From: an uncultured bacterium | GTDB taxonomy: Bacteria; Hydrogenedentota; Hydrogenedentia; Hydrogenedentales; JAEUWI01 | Assembly (NCBI GenBank): GCA_963977445.1 | Contig: CAXBPH010000115.1 | Coordinates: 1 to 20,429, forward strand | Length of the DNA: 20,429 nt | Direction of reading: 5' to 3' | Shown here: in pieces, positions 16,089 through 20,429 of the stretch | Position numbering within the stretch: the first letter of the stretch is position 1 | Layout of the letters: every line of letters begins with the position of its first letter | The notes under the pieces: generated by a model | The model's database searches: none | What the model was told of the DNA's origin: nothing | The model's input: only the letters and a program-made list of their open reading frames with translations | Made by a program: the position numbers and the translations under genes

Positions 16089-17764
16089 CGGTACTTCCTC
16101 CGTAACACATAAACCACAAGACCAACGCCGATAACCAGTTGCAGCGTCATGAGGGTGCTCACCCAGACGATGGCCCGCTCCTCACCCGTCGAGAGCACGA
16201 GGGGCGGATCGGTCTTGCCGCTGGCGCGTATGGCAATCAAATCCTGACGCTCTACCAGCCAGGCGATCGAGTTCATCAGGAAATTCAGATGTCCCGGTAT
16301 CTCGGCAGCGGTCAGCTGTCCGTTGGTCGCGAAATCCGCATCACCCACCACTATTACCCGACTGCTGAAGGGTTGACCGGTCTCATCAAGCACGTCCGAT
16401 TGACGCACCGCAGCGGCGGCCAGGGAAACGGGGCCCCCTTTTTCCTCGGTGTGGTGCACCGCCGTGCCTTTTTCCTGCAGACCTGCCAAATCGGTTTCGG
16501 CCCAGTAGTCGGGCGTGCTGCGTAGCAATTCAGAGACCACCACCCCCTTGGGGACACTTTCTGCGGCGGCTACGGAGCGGGCCGTCTGCAGCAGCATGAC
16601 CTGATCAAAGCTACTGGTAATACCGTGGGTTTTATTGAAGGCCCCATTGAACTCCATGAAGCCATCATCAATATCGGCAAAGGCCTTATCTTGATTGCGT
16701 AATTCGATGCGATAGATAGGCTTCCGCTCGGTGGAAATAACCATATCGCTGCCCACGGCGATACCAAAACGATCTTCGAGCCACGGACGCAATTGTTCCG
16801 ATTGACCCAGTCCGTTGGTAACAGAAATCCATGGTTCCAGCAAGATCATCAGGCGACCACCTCGATTGAGATAGGCATCAATGGCCTGAAGCTCCAACGA
16901 ATTCAGGTCCCCGAGGGGATTGTTAATTATCAACACGTCACAATCGACGGGTATTTCGGGGTCGCTGAGCTTGATGAGCAGCCGATCGACCGCATAGGAT
17001 TCACTCAGGAGGATATTTCCGAAGGCTGATCCACCCGTCTGGGCATTGTCATCGGTAATCTCACGCTCTTTGTGGCCCGTCAGGAAATAGGCCTTTGGCT
17101 GGCGATCGCGCAGGACGTTTATCAGCGCATTGGTGAAATCACGCTCTTCCAGCCGGGGACTTCCCCCCGCCAGCGTAACCACCCGCTGCCGATTGCCCGC
17201 CCGGATAACGATTGTGCCCTGGGGAGACACGATGGGTACTTTCATGGCTTCCAGGCGATGCATTTCCACCTGCGGATCCAGAACCTCTACCTTCAGCAGA
17301 CCAGAATATTTTTGACACAGCTCCAGAAAGCGGGTCGTCTTATCCTGGGCAATCCAGACGAGCTCATCATCGGTACGCAGGAAAAGGCAAACGACTTCTA
17401 CCTCTTGATTCATGCTCTGCAATACCTGAATGGTCTGGGGAGCCAATTTTCGGCGTCCTTCCTGGGTCAGATCCCACGATCCATCCCATTGGGCAGCAAA
17501 CACGTAGAGCACGATGCAGATGCCCAGGAAAAACAGGGTCGACAGGGTCGCATTCACGCCACCGGCCGCCCAGCCTTCCCAGCCAGCACTACCGGCCAGC
17601 CCAAAAATAACCTGAAGCACCCAGACAACGCCCAATACCGCACCAGCGACCAACAGCCCCCAGGCGAGGGACATGAGGGCGGTCTGTTGCCAGACCAGTA
17701 AGTTAACCGCCACCGCCGTCGACAGCAGGGCAGCAATTCCCGTTATAAAGCGAAGCTTTTTCAC
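16085..17764 (-). CDS. GldG-family ABC transporter auxiliary component (ABC_transp_aux / GIFT domain)
   Basis: N-terminal TM helices, WDLTQEGRRKLAPQTIQVL, ERDFTNAL, YFLTGHKE, IDAYLNRGGRLMILLEP, RVIVVGDADFATN, NFLMNSIAWL..LIAIR, and a C-terminal TM helix with an RRK tail. Confidence 0.9.
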   Translation of the reverse strand: MKKLRFITGIAALLSTAVAVNLLVWQQTALMSLAWGLLVAGAVLGVVWVLQVIFGLAGSAGWEGWAAGGVNATLSTLFFLGICIVLYVFAAQWDGSWDLTQEGRRKLAPQTIQVLQSMNQEVEVVCLFLRTDDELVWIAQDKTTRFLELCQKYSGLLKVEVLDPQVEMHRLEAMKVPIVSPQGTIVIRAGNRQRVVTLAGGSPRLEERDFTNALINVLRDRQPKAYFLTGHKEREITDDNAQTGGSAFGNILLSESYAVDRLLIKLSDPEIPVDCDVLIINNPLGDLNSLELQAIDAYLNRGGRLMILLEPWISVTNGLGQSEQLRPWLEDRFGIAVGSDMVISTERKPIYRIELRNQDKAFADIDDGFMEFNGAFNKTHGITSSFDQVMLLQTARSVAAAESVPKGVVVSELLRSTPDYWAETDLAGLQEKGTAVHHTEEKGGPVSLAAAAVRQSDVLDETGQPFSSRVIVVGDADFATNGQLTAAEIPGHLNFLMNSIAWLVERQDLIAIRASGKTDPPLVLSTGEERAIVWVSTLMTLQLVIGVGLVVYVLRRKYR

Positions 17765-17768
17765 GCGG

Positions 17769-18599
17769 CTAGCCTCTCCAATTCCGACTTTCCAGCGCGC
17801 GGAAGGTCAAGAAGATAAAAAATGCGCTGAAAAGCACATAGTACATAATATCAACAGGTTGCACGATACCCAACGCCATTTCCCGGGCGTGGGCATCAAT
17901 GGGCAACTCCACAATCAAACCGCGAACAATGTCATAGAAAAAGCCCACCAGCGATCGGAGGGCTTCCGGCCAGCTTCCCGGGGCGGGATTGGCCGTCGGC
18001 ATATCCTCGCCCAGGTTGCCCACGATAAACAATATCAGGGTGACGCCAAAGGTCATGGTGCCCGACATGATCTGGGTCTTGGTTACGGCGGAGACGAAAA
18101 GGCCCAGACTGATGCAGGCCGCCCCCATGAGAAATACCGTCAGCAGTCCGAAGACCAATACGGCCGGCTCCACCGCCACGAAGTAGCCCATAATGCATAA
18201 ATTCACCACCACGACCAGGAGCATGGTGCCGAGCATCCCTAAGGCTGCCAAGTACTTACCGAAGATGATCTCTCGGTCGCGAAGGGGCTGGGTCAACAAA
18301 AACTCAATGGTGCCTCGGTGCCGCTCTTCGGCGAGCAGTCGCATGGTAATGAGGGGGGTCAGAAACATGATCAGGGTCCCGCAGAAAACCAGATAGGGAC
18401 TCAGAAATGTCTCTTCAAAATCCGGCACCGCCGTATAGGAATAGGCACTCGGATCCTGCGTAATTGCCGCATGGGTAATGAAGGAGATGGCGAAAGACAT
18501 GCCCGCGATGAGGGCCACCATGCCCACCACCACATACCCGATGGGGGTCAGGAAATAGGCTTTGAACTCGCGCTTGCACACTGCCCAGGTACTGCTCAT
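17769..18599 (-). CDS. ABC-2 type transporter permease, GldF-like
   Basis: KREFKAYFLTPIGYVV, PLITMRLLAEERHRGTIEFLLTQP..IIFGKYLA and about six TM helices. ATGA overlap with the ATPase gene. Confidence 0.92.
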   Translation of the reverse strand: MSSTWAVCKREFKAYFLTPIGYVVVGMVALIAGMSFAISFITHAAITQDPSAYSYTAVPDFEETFLSPYLVFCGTLIMFLTPLITMRLLAEERHRGTIEFLLTQPLRDREIIFGKYLAALGMLGTMLLVVVVNLCIMGYFVAVEPAVLVFGLLTVFLMGAACISLGLFVSAVTKTQIMSGTMTFGVTLILFIVGNLGEDMPTANPAPGSWPEALRSLVGFFYDIVRGLIVELPIDAHAREMALGIVQPVDIMYYVLFSAFFIFLTFRALESRNWRG

Positions 18600-19354
18600 G
18601 CCGTGGCTTCCTTTTTCGTCTTCGCAAGAATGGCGGCGCGATCACTGGACACCACCCGCATGAATATCTCTTCCAGACGGGTAGCACCACTGCCATCGCT
18701 CAAATTCTCGATCTTCTCTTCCGCCACGATATGACCCTGGTTAATTATTATCACCCGCTCACAGAGCATGGCCACCTCAGGGAGGATATGGGTACTGATA
18801 AGGACCGTGTGTTTGTCCCGGAGTCCCTTAATCATCTGTCGTATTTCGACGATCTGGGCCGGATCCAAGCCTACCGTCGGCTCATCCAGAATAAGTACAG
18901 GGGGACTGCCAATCAACGCCTGGGCAAGTCCCACGCGCTGTTTATATCCCTTGGAGAGATTCGCAATCAGGCGATTGCCCATATCGCTGAGACCACAGCG
19001 CTCCAGCGCCTCGCCCACTTCCCCTACTCGGTTAGCGCGGCTGACCCCTTTGAGTTCGGCAACATAGTTCAGAAAGCTCGATACCACCATTTCTTCATAG
19101 AGGGGCACCCGCTCCGGAAGGTATCCGATGCGCCGCTTTACTTCGAGGGGGTTCTGGTGCACCTCATAACCGGCAATACGGGCCTCACCTCGGGTCGCAG
19201 GCGCAAAAGCCGTGAGAATACGCATCGTCGTGCTCTTTCCCGCGCCATTGGGGCCCAGAAAGCCCACGATCTCGCCCTGTCCTACTTCAAAGGACAGATC
19301 CTCTACGGCGGCTATTGGTCCGTAGTATTTTGTCAGACCCTGCACTGCAATCAT
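18596..19354 (-). CDS. ABC transporter ATP-binding protein, GldA-like
   Basis: Walker A GPNGAGKST, signature LSKGYKQR, Walker B LILDEPT and H-loop ISTH. GGAG precedes the ATG. Confidence 0.95.
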   Translation of the reverse strand: MIAVQGLTKYYGPIAAVEDLSFEVGQGEIVGFLGPNGAGKSTTMRILTAFAPATRGEARIAGYEVHQNPLEVKRRIGYLPERVPLYEEMVVSSFLNYVAELKGVSRANRVGEVGEALERCGLSDMGNRLIANLSKGYKQRVGLAQALIGSPPVLILDEPTVGLDPAQIVEIRQMIKGLRDKHTVLISTHILPEVAMLCERVIIINQGHIVAEEKIENLSDGSGATRLEEIFMRVVSSDRAAILAKTKKEATA

Positions 19355-19456
19355 GGCAGATCTCCGTCATAGTGACAAAAAACAGGCTATTTGCGAAGTA
19401 ATGATACTGCGCTTAAGGCGAACAACCTGTTCCGTATACAAAAGTGCGATTACATA

Positions 19457-19474
19457 GGCAGGAAAATTCTTGCC
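19457..19474. promoter_or_regulatory. Imperfect palindrome, candidate transcription-factor or enhancer site
   Basis: GGCAGGAA-AA-TTCTTGCC has 8-bp arms with one mismatch and lies in the divergent intergenic region. Confidence 0.4.
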
Positions 19475-19606
19475 GGGTACTGGGGGCAATAAATACCGAC
19501 CTATGTGTTCCATTATGGAATTCTTCGGTCCGCTGCACCGCCGACCGACCTCCTAGTGTAAGGACAGGCAAGGAGTTAAATCAAATGGAAGATGTTGTGG
19601 AATGCT

Positions 19607-19622
19607 TGGCACGCTTAATGCT
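19607..19622 (+). promoter_or_regulatory. Sigma54 (-24/-12) promoter
   Basis: TGGCACGCTTAATGCT matches the consensus TGGCACGNNNNTTGCW with one mismatch and correct GG-N10-GC spacing. It sits directly upstream of the small plus-strand ORF. Confidence 0.7.
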
Positions 19623-19666
19623 TCCTTGATTGATGCATGAATACGATGCAGAAAGGCAGGCACGAT

Positions 19667-19864
19667 ATGGTAGTTCAATGTTGTGTATGTAAAAAAATAC
19701 GCGAAAATGATGCGTGGACGGTTCCCGAAAGCCCGCTCCAACCGGGAAAGAGTGCCAGCCATGGCTATTGCCCCACGTGCGCTGATGACGCATTCCGCGA
19801 GGTCCGCGAATATCACCGGCACAATCTCCGGCGATTTCAAACGGCCAAGGTGGCCACGTCGTAA
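19667..19864 (+). CDS. Small hypothetical protein with a CxxC...SHGxCPxC putative zinc-binding motif (65 aa; 75 aa from ATG 19637)
   Basis: The sequence is MVVQCCVCKKIRENDAW...SASHGYCPTCADDAF. ATG 19667 has an upstream GAAAGGCAGG SD-like sequence, whereas ATG 19637 is only about 4 nt from the predicted sigma54 start site. Confidence 0.8.
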   Translation: MVVQCCVCKKIRENDAWTVPESPLQPGKSASHGYCPTCADDAFREVREYHRHNLRRFQTAKVATS

Positions 19865-19904
19865 TACGATCCCGCCAAACATCAATTAAAACAGCCCTTT
19901 AAAT

Positions 19905-20429
19905 CTACAAGCGGTCCAGTTCCTGGACCGCTTCTTCATAATAACGATGAAACGGTGCCGAAAGTTGATGGTAGTCCACATTTTCTATGTGTTCCGCCTG
20001 AGAAACGCTGTTGTACGTGTTCCAGAAGACCACGGGCCGCCCCGAAAGACGTCCAAGTTGTCCATCGCCCACCAGGCAGGCCATGGCTTTCCCCGTGTAG
20101 GTCCCTTCAAGCAACAGGTCGGCCTTTTCCCGGGCCAGGGTCACGGCGGCCACCCCCTCCGGCGTATAGAGCCCATAACGCTCCCCGAGATACCCATCCC
20201 GCAGGATAAACTGGTGCTCGGGAAATTCCAGGGCAGGAATGCTCGGGTCGGCCTTCCGAAGCAGGCCCAGGGTCCGGTAGTAGAGCTGTCGGGCCCGTTC
20301 ACGACTGGTGAAGGGCGGCGAAGTGACGCGAACGGCGGTCACCGTGGTGTCCAGACCGGCAAGCTGCAGCCCCAACAGAAGTCCCACGGCCGTGCCCATG
20401 GTGCCCGAGGCGACGTAAACGGTATCTGG
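19905..20429 (-). CDS. PLP-dependent D-cysteine desulfhydrase / ACC-deaminase family enzyme; 5' end lies outside the window
   Basis: The frame is open to the window end and reads PDTVYVASGTMGTAVGL..GYLGERYG..LEGTYTGKA..VVFWNTY. The listed ORF Met at 20399 is internal. Confidence 0.88.
   Translation of the reverse strand, partial: PDTVYVASGTMGTAVGLLLGLQLAGLDTTVTAVRVTSPPFTSRERARQLYYRTLGLLRKADPSIPALEFPEHQFILRDGYLGERYGLYTPEGVAAVTLAREKADLLLEGTYTGKAMACLVGDGQLGRLSGRPVVFWNTYNSVSQAEHIENVDYHQLSAPFHRYYEEAVQELDRL

Noticed and set aside
3123..17701. Long plus-strand ORFs (3123..4346, 6833..7849, 8705..9799, 10445..11287, 15033..16112, 17072..17701 and others)
   Set aside because: They are antisense shadows of real minus-strand genes caused by codon bias. 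For example, FAFTFTFAF is simply the complement of the GE tract.
18596..19354. ABC signature LSKGY instead of LSGGQ, and short length
   Set aside because: Both are ordinary for GldA-like ABC-2 ATPases, and the catalytic motifs are intact.
19419..19433. GAAC-N5-GTTC palindrome resembling a LexA (Cheo) box
   Set aside because: The spacer is 5 nt rather than 4, and the adjacent genes are not SOS-related.
1..20429. CRISPR arrays, tRNA/rRNA, IS elements or prophage genes
   Set aside because: No regularly spaced repeats, RNA-gene signatures, transposases or integrases were seen.

Overview
The window holds a mostly minus-strand cell-envelope locus from a fairly GC-rich bacterium. Poly-(Gly-Glu) linkers and a Cys/Gly-GD-TM C-terminal tail suggest Candidatus Hydrogenedentes, which is inference only. 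In transcription order (right to left) it contains: (1) the 3' part of a D-cysteine desulfhydrase/ACC-deaminase-family PLP enzyme; (2) a small plus-strand 4-Cys protein behind a good sigma54 promoter, convergent with the PLP enzyme gene and divergent from the ABC operon; (3) a tightly coupled four-gene operon of GldA-like ABC ATPase, GldF-like permease, GldG-family protein and DUF4340 protein; (4) a near-consensus sigma70 promoter with a ~245-nt structured leader; (5) a ~12.4-kb giant surface-protein gene; and (6) a secreted matrixin-type (metzincin) metalloprotease that runs off the left edge and is absent from the ORF track. The giant gene (~4,150 aa if read through) has a signal peptide, two ~1,650-aa repeats, two PKD domains, GE linkers, an inserted degenerate SGNH-like domain, two IPT/TIG domains and a C-terminal sorting signal. 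It is broken into 3138-aa and 1009-aa ORFs by a -1 frameshift near position 4488. No RNA genes, CRISPR arrays or mobile elements were seen.
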